A stretch of DNA of 63,996 nt, the filler included, from Octopus bimaculoides (lineage: Eukaryota), in the NCBI RefSeq assembly GCF_001194135.2. It is 4 parts of 3 records of this genome, joined end to end, with 100 filler letters (N's around TTAATTAATTAA, not from the genome) between each part and the next. Parts side by side here need not be neighbours in the genome. Positions count along the whole stretch, not along the records: positions 42,140 to 63,996 come from NC_068982.1; 3 more parts are not named here. One strand, given 5' to 3'. Every line of letters starts with the position of its first letter. The stretch's first letter is position 1. Of this stretch, positions 48,040 to 61,590 are shown piece after piece. The notes beneath the pieces are model-generated. The model was not told the DNA's origin. It saw only the letters and a program-made list of their open reading frames with translations, and ran no database searches. Made by a program: the position numbers and the translations under genes.

Positions 48040-48420
48040 AGTCCTTCATTTTTAATGTAGTTTCATATTTAGTTCTGGTTTATAGTATTGGATAAATGAG
48101 GCTTCTTTATTGAGTCTTACTTGTGTTGAGGTCCTGAAGGCAAGTTGATAAAATGGGAAAATTTCGAATTTTGGTTGTAATCGTTCTGCACATTCGTCAA
48201 TGTGTTGACTGAGGTTGGATGGACAAATATCAAAAAGAAATACCAGAACGTATCAACAAAGGCTTCATAATCGAATCAATAAAATTTATTCTCCAAAACA
48301 ACCATTTCAAGTTCTTCGCCAAGCATCTGGAATTGCAATGCGAACCAAATATCGGTAAGTGTAACTTATGTCTTCAAGAATCATTAAACATCATTCGCCT
48401 TCGCAACTCCTCATTACACT
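48040..48420. mobile_element. Penelope-like element fragments in opposite orientations
   Basis: Minus 48050-48215 reads LSQHIDECAERLQPKFEIFPFYQL...RLNKEASFIQYYKPELN (GIY-YIG C-terminus). Plus 48216-48420 reads WMDKYQKEIPERINKGFIIESIKFILQNNHFKF (RT) fused to KCNLCLQESLNII. Confidence 0.65.
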
Positions 48421-49203
48421 ATAGATTCTCGGGTATTATTTATTCTTGTAATGACATATATTACTCAACCAAATAATCTAAAACCTTAATCTAAAACCTT
48501 AATCTAAAACAAAATCAGCTTTCAACCTATTACTTCATAAATACTAACCCCACCATCTTATTTCGTCGAATACACACATCTCAAATTTCCTCCAGATCTA
48601 TAAATCAATTACTTCTCACTTTCCTCATAAGCAATCTCCCCAAACTCCATCACTACTTAACAAAATCCTACTCCTTGAAAACTAATCAATGTACCTCTAA
48701 AATCTCCATGCCTACACCTTTCTATTCAATTTCATACTCCGCCCTTTACCACAACACAACCTCCAATACCAACCCAAATTCTTTTGTCCCACTAACAACT
48801 ACTTTTGATTACGTCCTCACTCCCCGTATTTACTGGAATAAGTACTAGGCTTACAAAGAATAAGCTGTGGGCGCAGTCAATGGCCGCAGTTAAACGACTG
48901 AAACAAGCAAAGAGTATATATATATATNNNNNNNNNNNNNNNNNNNNNNNNNNNNNNNNNNNNNNNNNNNNNNNNNNNNNNNNNNNNNNNNNNNNNNNNN
49001 NNNNNNNNNNNNNNNNNNNNNNNNNNNNNNNNNNNNNNNNNNNNNNNNNNNNNNNNNNNNNNNNNNNNNNNNNNNNNNNNNNNNNNNNNNNNNNNNNNNN
49101 NNNNNNNNNNNNNNNNNNNNNNNNNNNNNNNNNNNNNNNNNNNNNNNNNNNNNNNNNNNNNNNNNNNNNNNNNNNNNNNNNNNNNNNNNNNNNNNNNNNN
49201 NNN

Positions 49204-49255
<52 letters not shown>

Positions 49256-49819
49256 GAAGATAAGAAATCAATATTTTGATATTCAATTATTATGCTATAT
49301 TTCACAGGATCTGTTTCCTGTTGTCTTATTCAGTATCATTATTCAATGTAAGAGTGGTCTGATACTATTAATTTAATTATCATTGTCTTGAGCAATAATT
49401 AATTGTATGAATGTAATTCAACATGGCTCTGCATAAGTAAACATCTACCTTTTCTCCTTCATCTCTCATTTGTTCATATAAATATAACTGCAGCGTGTAG
49501 GCTTAGGGTAATAAGTTCATCTTGTGTAGGAATCTGACTCATATCTGGCAGGTAACTAATGAGGAAGTCTGGACATACTCATAGCAACACACATACGCAT
49601 AGACATATTTACACACAAATACAGATATATCATTCAACGTACACAGTAGAAAGATACGAGTTATTAATATTTTGTTGTATTGAACACACAGGTCTAGATA
49701 GATATAACTCTCCTTGTGTCTCTAAGCAATTTCATTTTCTGAGCACATTGTCTGTTCATTCTATATATCAGAACGCTCGTACAAGAGAAAGTTCGATATA
49801 TATATATTTTTTAATGAAT

Positions 49820-50720
49820 GTTGATGAAAAAATAGGGACGCCTGAACTGTTCGATGTGTTGATGGGATGGTGTGACAGTGCGGACGTCTGTGATCTTGTA
49901 GGTCTCTTTATATTAAATTACATACAGTGAAATCCAAAAGACACAAGCACCAACCGTGCGATGGTGGGCTATACCGAGAAAATGGATAGGGAATGTCTCA
50001 TGGCTGTGACTTGCATATTCTCGATAAATTTCGTAAAAACGTCAGTGATACGTGTAGACATATTGACTTCAACTACACTATTAGTAGCAACCTGCTAATT
50101 GCCAATTTTTAAATATATTTCTCTAGAGCTCAACTCCCACCCGTACCATAAACCAAACAAGAAACTCAACCACATACACAAACAGTTCTGTCACACTCTA
50201 TAGTGATTAAAACCTGGTAGCTTGCATCAGTGATAGCATACCTATCTTTCCCTGACGATATATTTGATAGGGCAGTCCCGTACTATAACAATGCCCTAGC
50301 TAAGAGCATCTTGAAAGAAAAGATAAATTATAACCATTCAAGTCAAATATGAATCATATGAAAAATAGACCTAAATAAACCTCTCAAAAATCGACCTAAA
50401 AATATATCCAGGAAAATAATATGGTCCGTTCTGCCTTTCTTCTTTTCATTTTAATCTAGCGCAGGAAAGATATTCATGTCACTTTTAGATAAGTATTTCC
50501 CAGTACACCTCAAATTTACGAAGAATCTCAACACACGCTCAATTAAATTATCATAGAGCTGCTTCTCAAATATGGAGGGTATTATCTCTTGTAAGCATCA
50601 CCAAAATTCAGCATAGTTGTAATTTACGGAACACTGTAGCATACACACTTGACTATGTAGGTATGATAAACTCCGTCGTTTATGAGGCAGAAGTTACTGT
50701 AAAGCTTTAAGATAAGCTTA
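49820..50720 (+). mobile_element. Degraded Penelope-like retroelement (RT to GIY-YIG start)
   Basis: FDVLMGWCDSADVCDLVGLFIL (cf. FDVTMGSYDGAE.CELVGL.IL), GLYRENG (for LYRDDG), PYHKPNKKLNHIHKQ, YYNNALAKS, IKLS.SCFSNMEGIIS, NSVVYEAEVT. Confidence 0.82.
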
Positions 50721-53700
50721 TCGCGAAGAAAAAGTAAAGCGGGCCATACAAATACTATTTCAAATGAGTTTATGCAAACCAACTGTCTTCTTTCCGGCAT
50801 ATCGACAAAATTAAATATCCTAAGTTGAAGTCCAAGTGCAAACGCATACAGGCGAGTAGTGATTGTTAAAGAAAGATCATGCTATATGTTAATGGATCTA
50901 AGAAGTGCATGCATAGATGAAGGATTACACACTCCTTTTAGATCTAAGAGCTCTGCGACACAGCTGCATTCCAGATCCAATATTTTCCAATAAATGCAAA
51001 TATATGGACAAATCCCTTTTAACCTAATTGGAGAGCATCACCCTCTTCAGATTGAGCTGATGTCTCACAGATTTCGAACTACTCTCCGTTGAATTATTCT
51101 CCAAAATTTACGGCTCTATTTTATTCCTTGCTTTACTTCTCATTTCCCGTTTTTATTAATCGGTTTTTGCATCTACCTTCCGTTTTTTTTTTCATGTAAA
51201 TTTGTTACTTTTTGGTTTTTAAATTTACTGGAATATTTCTCACTTCGTGTGACGTTTTCTGTACACACCATTCAAAATATAAATTTCTTTAATGTGGTAT
51301 GCAATTCAGCATGGAATTATCGGCTATTCATTTAGACCCAAATGATAATCTATTCAACATTGCAGACCTAACGACCATCTCACGGCATCCCATTGGAAAC
51401 ATTGTACACATTACTTTGGAAATAGTGTACACATTGCTGTAAAAATAACTACAGCTACATATTTCTCTTCCTTGCATTATTGACAGTGAACTGCACTTCG
51501 GTTATGGTGGTATATTGACAAGAGAGGCATAATAGAATTGCATTCACACATACACACACGGTTATACGCACAGGTACTTTCTCACACACTTACACTTAAT
51601 GCATTTCAAACTATATTGGATAAAATATAATAACAACGCTAAACGAATTGGCGTAATACGTGGGAATTATTTTATCGCATAGAGTTTTGAACCTGTAATA
51701 CATGTACAATTAAATATAATAGACATGGTTAAGCATCCGAAGTATTCACAGACAATTTGATGTACTCTCCGTACATTTTAATAACTTTTGATAATATACG
51801 CAATATCTAACACACTATGATCTAAAATTATGATAAAATTACATCATAAATTTCAGCAGAATATAATGTTATTTTAGAACATCACGCATGTTATTTCAAC
51901 TGATTTTGCACATGAATACACGTGCATAGTTGCCACTAATTTCGCATGATCAATTGTTGTGAAAATGAGGTAGATGGGGATTTAACTAGGATAACGGTGC
52001 TCGAAAAATTGCTCCATACGTTGGGTGCTTTCTCTAGAATTCAACGAAAGTGCTCTGCGTTCACTTGAGCCTTCACTCACGAAGCATTTCAGATTGTAAA
52101 ACATGATGTCAACATCTCCTCTTCGTTTTGCCAATGTGGTACAAATGAGCATCATTCTCAAAATTTCCGACTATCGTTTCCGTAATAGAAAGATTGAATA
52201 CTACGATGTTTTCCGCTTATACTAATTATTTAGAGACTTCCTGAAAGCCAGCTTCCACACCTCTAGTTTTTTAATCGATAATATGGTACGAAACCGTTGT
52301 ATTAATTCTTCCAAATCTGCATTGATTTTATTGCCATTGATAATTACTAGACATATTTGGTCGTCAAATTCCAAGAATGCATAGCATGCTCATGTCGAAA
52401 GTTACTTTGAAATACTCTTCATGGTCTTTTTTGGTTAATTCAAGGCAGAAAGTTTGATCACTATACAGTGATTTTTCCTATGAATAGTTTTTCAAAAGAG
52501 TGGCGAAAAGGACTCCATTCCCAGCTACTTCTATTTGGGCGGTACCTAGTATGGGTCAGTGTGCCGCTTTAGAGACCACTAGACAGCGTGAGCATTAGGA
52601 CCTTGTGAGAAAAGTGTTAGAAAGTAAACATTATAAAATATTTTCAAATATAATACATAAGGAAAGGAGATCGCTAAAGAATAAACAATAATCTTATGAC
52701 AATCATTATCATACAGCTCTTTCTACTATAAGGTATAGTGGACTCATATTGAGTGTCTCAGCAACACCTTAAAACAATTTATTTGAGAAAATTTCTACAT
52801 TTATGCATATGCACAGTTACCCTTCCATATATATGCATACATGTAAAAATATAGCTTTAAATAATAAAATATGTTATTATAAATTAAAACAACTATTAGG
52901 TGTATATTTCGTTTTTGTATCTGGTTTGCTAGACTCTTCATGTGAATTCGTATGTTGAAAGAAATTTTGTTTCATCTAGGGAGCGTCATATCAATGTTAT
53001 TAACATGTACTGTTACGATTCTAGTCCCTTAGTATTAGTCAATTGGTTGAATATCCAAGTAACCAACCGATTCTTTGTCTAATTTGGTTAAGCTGTTTCC
53101 ATGCTACTTACAAACTTTTAAAAATCTTTTGATTTTATCTTCATCATTCCCTATTTTGAGATTGTATTCGCATGCACAGCAGCCCAAGCTGCTAATTGTA
53201 AGCAATAATATAAATTTTTTAGCATATCTAATTTCAATATGGAAAAACATTACAACCTTCTACGTCAGTAAACCACTATTGTTTGTGAAAGTTGTTTCTT
53301 ATACCTACACCTTGATCACTGGATCTTACTTTTACACACACACAGATAGACACACACACACCACACATATACGCACACAGACACACACATATACACACAC
53401 ATACTCACACACACACGTGTTATTAATCTTGGCACAAGGCTACCGAGGATTCATCGACTTTTACATGAAAATTAGCTTAAAGTGTCCCTTTATGATGCCT
53501 AATCCCGAATTACATTAATGTTGGCTAATGACACCTGGATTTGAATTATATACATATATATACACATATATATATNNNNNNNNNNNNNNNNNNNNNNNNN
53601 NNNNNNNNNNNNNNNNNNNNNNNNNNNNNNNNNNNNNNNNNNNNNNNNNNNNNNNNNNNNNNNNNNNNNNNNNNNNNNNNNNNNNNNNNNNNNNNNNNNN

Positions 53701-54183
53701 NNNNNNNNNNNNNNNNNNNNNNNNNNNNNNNNNNNNNNNNNNNNNNNNNNNNNNNNNNNNNNNNNNNNNNNNNNNNNNNNNNNNNNNNNNNNNNNNNNNN
53801 NNNNNNNNNNNNNNNNNNNNNNNNNNNNNNNNNNNNNNNNNNNNNNNNNNNNNNNNNNNNNNNNNNNNNNNNNNNNNNNNNNNNNNNNNNNNNNNNNNNN
53901 NNNNNNNNNNNNNNNNNNNNNNNNNNNNNNNNNNNNNNNNNNNNNNNNNNNNNNNNNNNNNNNNNNNNNNNNNNNNNNNNNNNNNNNNNNNNNNNNNNNN
54001 NNNNNNNNNNNNNNNNNNNNNNNNNNNNNNNNNNNNNNNNNNNNNNNNNNNNNNNNNNNNNNNNNNNNNNNNNNNNNNNNNNNNNNNNNNNNNNNNNNNN
54101 NNNNNNNNNNNNNNNNNNNNNNNNNNNNNNNNNNNNNNNNNNNNNNNNNNNNNNNNNNNNNNNNNNNNNNNNNNNNNNNNNNN

Positions 54184-54224
<41 letters not shown>

Positions 54225-55025
54225 ATCCTTAATCTATGGACTTATAATCCTTTAAGGAATAAGAATTTCATATTATATTGATTTGAATATATTTTAATAA
54301 ACTGATGTATATATGTCAATTTCTCCATTTTCTTCTTTTTATCTTATACATGCATACATGCATACACATATATATGTATATATATGTATATATGCCCTAA
54401 AGCATATGTAATACGTGTATACGTTTAAGTATCTACGTCGCCAAATACGCACGCACTCATAAAGACATACATAGATAAACGCACACATATGTATGCAAGT
54501 ACATGCACAGTCTTGGAGCAATGCGGCTAAATGACAACTTACTTTTCTATATTAAAATATTCTATATCTGTTATGGTATGAGATTTAAAAGAAAAAATCA
54601 CGATATTTATTTTTTCAAAATTCTGAATAAAAGACGTCTACATTTTGCACCATTGCCCATGGCTTTACATGAAATCTAATAAGTATCAACGATAAGAAAA
54701 ATATATATAATATCAAGAAAGAGCACCAAATATTTTATGTAATGATATTTGATGTTGGTGACAAAGTGCGATAATCAATAGAAAGTGTGATAAACATACG
54801 GGGATGCAGTACATATTTACCCAACGGGGTTCACATGTATATCTACTTTTATATTAATTTTCTTGAAATAGTTGTTGGCAAATTTTGTAAATGTCATCAT
54901 GTATAGCATGACATTTTGAAATATTTCGTATATTCTAGCAATAACCTTGCCTATGTGGACATACATATATATATATACATATTTACCGACGCACAATCAC
55001 ACAACACAGACTCTCACACTTACAC

Positions 55026-55026
55026 A

Positions 55027-55067
<41 letters not shown>

Positions 55068-55077
55068 NNNNNNNNNN

Positions 55078-55109
<32 letters not shown>

Positions 55110-55177
55110 TATATATATATGTGTGTACACATATACATATATACATATATATACATACATATATATACATATATATG

Positions 55178-55235
<58 letters not shown>

Positions 55236-55245
55236 GGTATGTATG

Positions 55246-55307
<62 letters not shown>

Positions 55308-55322
55308 TGTATGTATATATGT
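55026..55322. repeat. (TA)n/(TATG)n microsatellite complex
   Basis: Direct sequence. Confidence 0.95.
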
Positions 55323-58102
55323 ATACTACACAGACTATAACACTTGATCCGCTGTCTCTATCTCGAGGATTCCTTGATATCTTTATTAGACATAGGAGAA
55401 ACGTATCCGCAGGTTTTAACAGTGAAAATGCGTACGACAGCAATACCCACTACCATGATTTTGAAGGATATTAATGTTTATATTATGTAAAAATACACTT
55501 AGTCTTAGAAAATTTTAGACAAAAAGAATAATAAGTACCCCACAAGAGCTTAAGCAATTGAAGAAATTTGCTTGATCAATATGGTATGCAAATGAAAATC
55601 TTTCTAGAAGAGATTGTGGAAAGAACAGTCATACGGGGGGCCACATGCACCACAGCTGAAAGGGGTAACTGAAATACTCATGAACTCGGATCATTATGCA
55701 TGCTATTCTTTACTAGATATTACTAATTTAATTAACCTTTTGCTAGATTCCTCTTTAGATGACTTGCATGACTGTTCTCACTGATCAGAGTAAACAAGTT
55801 TCTGATACGCACCCATTCCCAGATTAATCACTAACTGTCCATTGTTTATTCTGAAACGATTCGTCACTAAATATCTTATTAAATATGGATGTAATATCTC
55901 TAAATACTTGTTTAAGTAATCCATCAAAACGAAAGCCAATGTTACATAAACTAGATTAAATAAATCTCTTATAACGACATACGAATATCAATTGTTTGAT
56001 TATTTCTGTATTTGTGCAAATTCTCATCCGCTGTAGAAGCGTTCCTCACAGTAATTAAAATCATTGAGTATTTTCGTACGTTTATAATTTCATTTTTAAG
56101 TACAACTTAAAAGGACTGGATAAAGTGCTGGTGATTTTTTAGTACGTAATTTTGTTTATCTTCATTATTATCCAGATGAACGTAAATACTTTCTCAGGGA
56201 TAATAAAGGACCTAATTATTTAAGGAACAAAATCTGGACTCATAACTGAGCCATTCTCTTCAATTGTTTCATTAGTGAAAATCAGGTGTAACTTTAAGAG
56301 AAAAAAAGAAGAAAAAGGCATTCTTTTAGAGATTGTAACAGCGTTCTTCCTTTATGTTGTACCCTACAAATGATTGCCGCATATTTAAACAACTGATGCC
56401 AAGGAAGTATCACGACGTAGCACAGATTCACCTCGAAATACAGAATACTTCTTTTATGAGATGAAAATAATAATATACAATGCAAAGTTTCACAACCTGT
56501 GTATTGAATTCTATAAAAAAAAATCATATACGACTTTGTATATGTGGAAGATGTGCATGTACACTAAGAGAAAATAAAAAGTTCCTATCGACGTAAACTG
56601 CGCATCAGACGTGGTCCTGATATCTGTAAATGAAAATCTCCAAACAAAGAAATCCCCACTCTCTCTGTTGGGGAAAAGGGATATTCTCTACAAAATAATA
56701 AATGAATACTTATTTATGTAGGAAGAGCATCATCAAATGTATCTCATATTTATCAAGCCACACATACGCATTTTCATAGCTGTATTCGGATGTGTAATGG
56801 TGGGATAACGAAGCAGATTGAAGAACGATGCATGCGTGTCAAAGTAATGAGACAATACAAGTATTATATAGTTATATCTTTCTCTAAATGCAGTTTCTGT
56901 GCTATTCAAGTACCATGTAATCTTTCTCAGTAACATTTACTCATAGCGTGCATAAAATCTGAAGGGGATGCATTAAAGTTTGTAAGAAGAAAGCATCCAT
57001 CTATTAATTGAACAATATAAAGACATGATGGGTCATTTTGCAACTAGCAAAATACCTTATTATATTCTATATTTTCTAATATATTATTTCCCATATTGAA
57101 TATGCCAACTGGTATAAAAGGGCTGAAGCTGGCGGAATCATTACAACGCCGGATAAAATGCTTTGTGGTATTTCTTTCGACGTATCCCAGAGTATGGGAT
57201 GTCACAGAAACAGCTGTAAGGCTGTATTTTTTCCATAATAATATTGTATATGACTTGAGATGTTTGCTATGCCTTAACGCTTGTTGTACTCTTTAACAGT
57301 TAAATATATATATGTGTGTGTGTGCGTGTGTGCGTGCGTGTGTGTGTGTGTGTGTGCGTGTATGCGTGTGTGGGTGTATGTGTGTGTGTGTATCTGTGTG
57401 TGTGTGTGTGTGTGTGTGTAAATCTCATTTGTCTACATGTATTTTCGTAGTATATACTGTTATATTAATAATAATGGTAAATTTCAATTATAGATGTATC
57501 TGCATACGCATTGAGTTCTTTGTAACTTGGGACGACATATAATGTATTGCACACTTGACGTTATGATACCGAAAATAATAATTATTAAAATAATGGAAGA
57601 CAAATGAGGTAATTTACTATAATCTGTATATTGCTATATGATATTGATTAGTGAAGTAAAATTGTTTAAATTTATCTGAACATTAAAAACATGCGTCTCG
57701 CTAACTTTCATTTATTTCAGAATATATATTCTACTGTCACAAGATTTCATTCCTCTTCAACATATAAATTATATAGAATTATGTAGAAGCAATTATACAT
57801 CTAAGATCAATCGATTCTCGCCAATTATCTTATATGGTATGACTTTGAGTCCACCATATTATTAAATAATTCTTGTAAATATTTATAATCGTTTGGAAGT
57901 GTTTAAACGTTTCACATGAATAATAATCCACAGCGAATAGTGTATCTCACACTGCACATAGTAGAAAGAATATATCCAAGGTGGTACTGTATATGTTAAC
58001 TGTAGCTATGTATATATTGTTGTAGATGGACAAAAGGGGGAGATATAAAACGCAAGGCGCAAAGATTTGTTTGCAAGTTTCGACAAGCCAATAGCTTATA
58101 TA

Positions 58103-58141
<39 letters not shown>

Positions 58142-58189
58142 NNNNNNNNNNNNNNNNNNNNNNNNNNNNNNNNNNNNNNNNNNNNNNNN

Positions 58190-58265
<76 letters not shown>

Positions 58266-58432
58266 GCAGACAGAGACAGAGACAGAGACAGAGACAGAGA
58301 CAGAGAGAGAAGAGAGAGACAGAGAGAGACAGAGAGAGACAGAGAGAGACAGACAGACAGACACAGAGAGAGACAGAGACAGACAGAGACAGACAGAGAG
58401 ACAGAGAGGAGAGAGAAAGGGAAAGAGAGAGA
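58190..58432. repeat. (GA)n/(GACA)n/(GAGACA)n microsatellite complex
   Basis: Direct sequence. Confidence 0.95.
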
Positions 58433-58813
58433 GAAATAAAGATTATTTGCAAACATAAGGTGGCAGTCTTGGTCAAGATGGTTGATGCTGTTATTTAACC
58501 CCAGGAAACATCGTATCCACCTGGCTATATGGCATTAGCGAAACTAATTTCAAACGGTTAGTCATTTTATCGATATTATTTAGCGAACAGGAAGAGAAAA
58601 ACTGATATAAAAAGTGTATGGAGACGAATTTGCCATAAAAGAAGAAAAGAACGAAGTAACTAAATAACCCTTTATATTTTTGAACAGGTGAGTTTAGTGT
58701 TCCCACTGAGCTCAACGGAATATCTGTGTAGCAATGATCTCTAGTTTATTTCCCTTCATCAGTACAGAATAACAGGACGGTTAAAATGTCTTACGGCTAA
58801 GTTGGATCCTATG

Positions 58814-58904
58814 TATTTCCCTGAAGAGAAGATTACATCTTTATCAACATCACATATTCCTTTGGAAAGTACCATTTGTGAGCTTCGAAACATATGTCGA
58901 AATA
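58814..58904 (+). ncRNA. Type I minimal hammerhead ribozyme motif with canonical core
   Basis: TATTTC-C-CTGAAGA-GAAG-[51 nt]-CTTC-GAAAC-ATAT-GTC-GAAATA. Stem I is TATTTC/GAAATA, stem II is GAAG/CTTC (extendable by TTACA/TGTGA) and stem III is the palindrome ACATATGT. Predicted cleavage after C58898. Confidence 0.75.
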
Positions 58905-59699
58905 AAAGAATTCATTTAACATATGCGTATTACTCAATTTATTAAATTTTTATATTTACTCAAATACCCAAAATAACAGGGAGTTTCTACCTCATAAACA
59001 GGAGTTACACCACAGTCATTTTGTGATCTTTGCTACCCTGGTATCTATTAACCAATTTATTTTGTCGGAGTTAATTATTAGCTAAGAGAAAGTAAATACA
59101 TATAATAAATTATATATANNNNNNNNNNNNNNNNNNNNNNNNNNNNNNNNNNNNNNNNNNNNNNNNNNNNNNNNNNNNNNNNNNNNNNNNNNNNNNNNNN
59201 NNNNNNNNNNNNNNNNNNNNNNNNNNNNNNNNNNNNNNNNNNNNNNNNNNNNNNNNNNNNNNNNNNNNNNNNNNNNNNNNNNNNNNNNNNNNNNNNNNNN
59301 NNNNNNNNNNNNNNNNNNNNNNNNNNNNNNNNNNNNNNNNNNNNNNNNNNNNNNNNNNNNNNNNNNNNNNNNNNNNNNNNNNNNNNNNNNNNNNNNNNNN
59401 NNNNNNNNNNNNNNNNNNNNNNNNNNNNNNNNNNNNNNNNNNNNNNNNNNNNNNNNNNNNNNNNNNNNNNNNNNNNNNNNNNNNNNNNNNNNNNNNNNNN
59501 NNNNNNNNNNNNNNNNNNNNNNNNTATATATATATACATACATATATATATATATATATACATACATATATGTATATATATGGTCTTCAAGACAAAACTT
59601 GACACTTTCCTCTCCACGATACCAGACGAACCAATTGCTCGTAATGAGACGCAGTTTAGGGCAGCTATGTCAAATTTTCTTATACACCAGATGTGCCAT

Positions 59700-59820
59700 C
59701 AATACTCTTAATTGGACCATGTCAGGTGGGGGGAGAAGAGCCATGCAAGGAACGTGAAAATCACGGTGGTGCACCAGCATGACCGCAGCCACTTGGCTGA
59801 AACACATAAATAAATAAATA
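59700..59820 (+). mobile_element. SINE-like 3' end with (TAAA)n tail
   Basis: GGTGCACCAGCATGACCGCAGCC...GCTGAAACA-(TAAA)n resembles the family B tail. Confidence 0.5.
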
Positions 59821-61340
59821 TATATATTTATATATGTATGTGTTTATATATATATATATATATTTGTTCTAACGTCCTGTGCCCTGATATGCATCTATAT
59901 ACACATGTAGATGGAAGTATATACATATATGTGTGTATACATGCATATATATTTTTTGTATTATTACATCATTGAACGCACACGTCCATTTTGCAAGTAA
60001 TACTGTACTTTATTATTCCGACGTGACTCTATCTATTTATCTATCTATCTATCTATCTATCTATTTATCTATCTGTCTTCCTCTATCTTTCTATCTATTC
60101 CTCTATCTACCTATCTATCTTTCTTCTTACCCATCTCCCCATCTAGCTCTGCTTCTTTCTGTTATTCTAACTTCTACTTCACTGCTATACACTCCTGTTT
60201 CTTCCTCCTTGTTCCACTTCCTCCCTCCACCATCCTCTCTGCTCTCGTGTGACCTGTGGTCAACTTTCTTTTCACTCCAGCCGTTGGGAAGGCAGGACGA
60301 ACTACTAGCGTTCTACATCAGATTCACGTTTGGCCGTACGGCTTTTTTATGTTGTTTTCACTGTCCAATTTTTCCTGTCTTGGTTTACCTTTTCCACCTT
60401 GGAATCCTCTGTTTAGTTGGTTGATCCACTACTCAGGAAGAGACTATTCTAGANNNNNNNNNNATTATATATATATATATATATATAACAATATATTATA
60501 AATTAACTACCAACAAAAATAATTGGTAAGCTAACTTAAAAAATCATCACCTAAGTAGCAGAAAAAAACGACAGTGAAGATATGCAGACTCTTCAAGAAT
60601 CGATCCTTTTGGTTATATTAATAATAATAAAGGAGTTACGACGCAAAAACGTATAAATTCAAAAGAACATATTTATCTTCTTCAATATATATTTCAGTAT
60701 AAAGAATTCATTAAGATGCGTAAATCAAAATTTCTTTACACATCATTCAGGAACAGATATAACATCAGAAAAAAATACATTCCGTTTATATATATAAAGT
60801 GGTGGTATGTTGTCACAGTCCCATGGAAGGGAAGAATATTACTGCTATTTAGCCCTAGAAAACACCGCTTCCTGTCGGCCTTGACATATTTCCTGTGACT
60901 TTATGTTTACAAAGGGCGAGAGAAGCACCTCCATCCAGCGAAGCCGGCATCCTGAGACTAGTTTTAGAGTCATCGCTCGTCAACAGTCAGACTAGTATGA
61001 CTTGCTAGCATTTTTCTTTATTATAAGCGTATACCTCTTAGAAAGAAAGGACGAACAAAGACAGGCAACACAATACAGTGGGGTACATAAAACAAAAATC
61101 GAATGCATATGAATATAGTAATATAATGAAAAAAATGAAATGTCTTATTTGCACCCCATACTCAAGCAGTGTTATTTAACTGTTTATGCAATTTATGTTC
61201 GTGTACAGTTTATAGTTCTTTTTTTTTTTACTCACATTTCAACTTTGTACTTTTATTTTCATTGACAATGTACTACACAATGTCTTCGAATGGCACCTCT
61301 GGTGGCAGCTAATCACATCAAAACCACGGCGGCAACAGTT

Positions 61341-61440
61341 CTTAACCACTACGCCGTATGACCACGGGTATATGGCATAGTGGTTAAGAGCGCGGGTTAC
61401 TAGCCCCAAGAGTCCGTGTTCTATTCCAAGCAGGGATCTC
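61341..61440. mobile_element. tRNA-derived head (61366-61440, +) preceded by its own inverted 5' part, followed by (AAT)n/(GAT)n
   Basis: CTTAACCACTACGCCGTATG-accac-GGGTATATGGCATAGTGGTTAAG forms an imperfect palindrome. A/B box-like motifs are present. Homologous to the reverse complement of 45187-45246. Confidence 0.7.
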
Positions 61441-61456
61441 AATAATAATAATAATG

Positions 61457-61530
<74 letters not shown>

Positions 61531-61590
61531 GATGATTATGATGATGATAATGATGATGATGATGATGAGGATGATGATGACGATGATGAT
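61441..61590. repeat. (AAT)n-(GAT)n microsatellite
   Basis: Direct sequence. Confidence 0.97.

Noticed and set aside
52100-52440. Minus-strand CYAFLEFDD resembling an RRM RNP1 motif
   Set aside because: Frame is broken by stops and the rest lacks RRM features.
58745-58770. Minus-strand CTGATGAAGGG just upstream of the 58814 hammerhead
   Set aside because: No GAAA or cleavage triplet follows the candidate stem II. At most a dead remnant.
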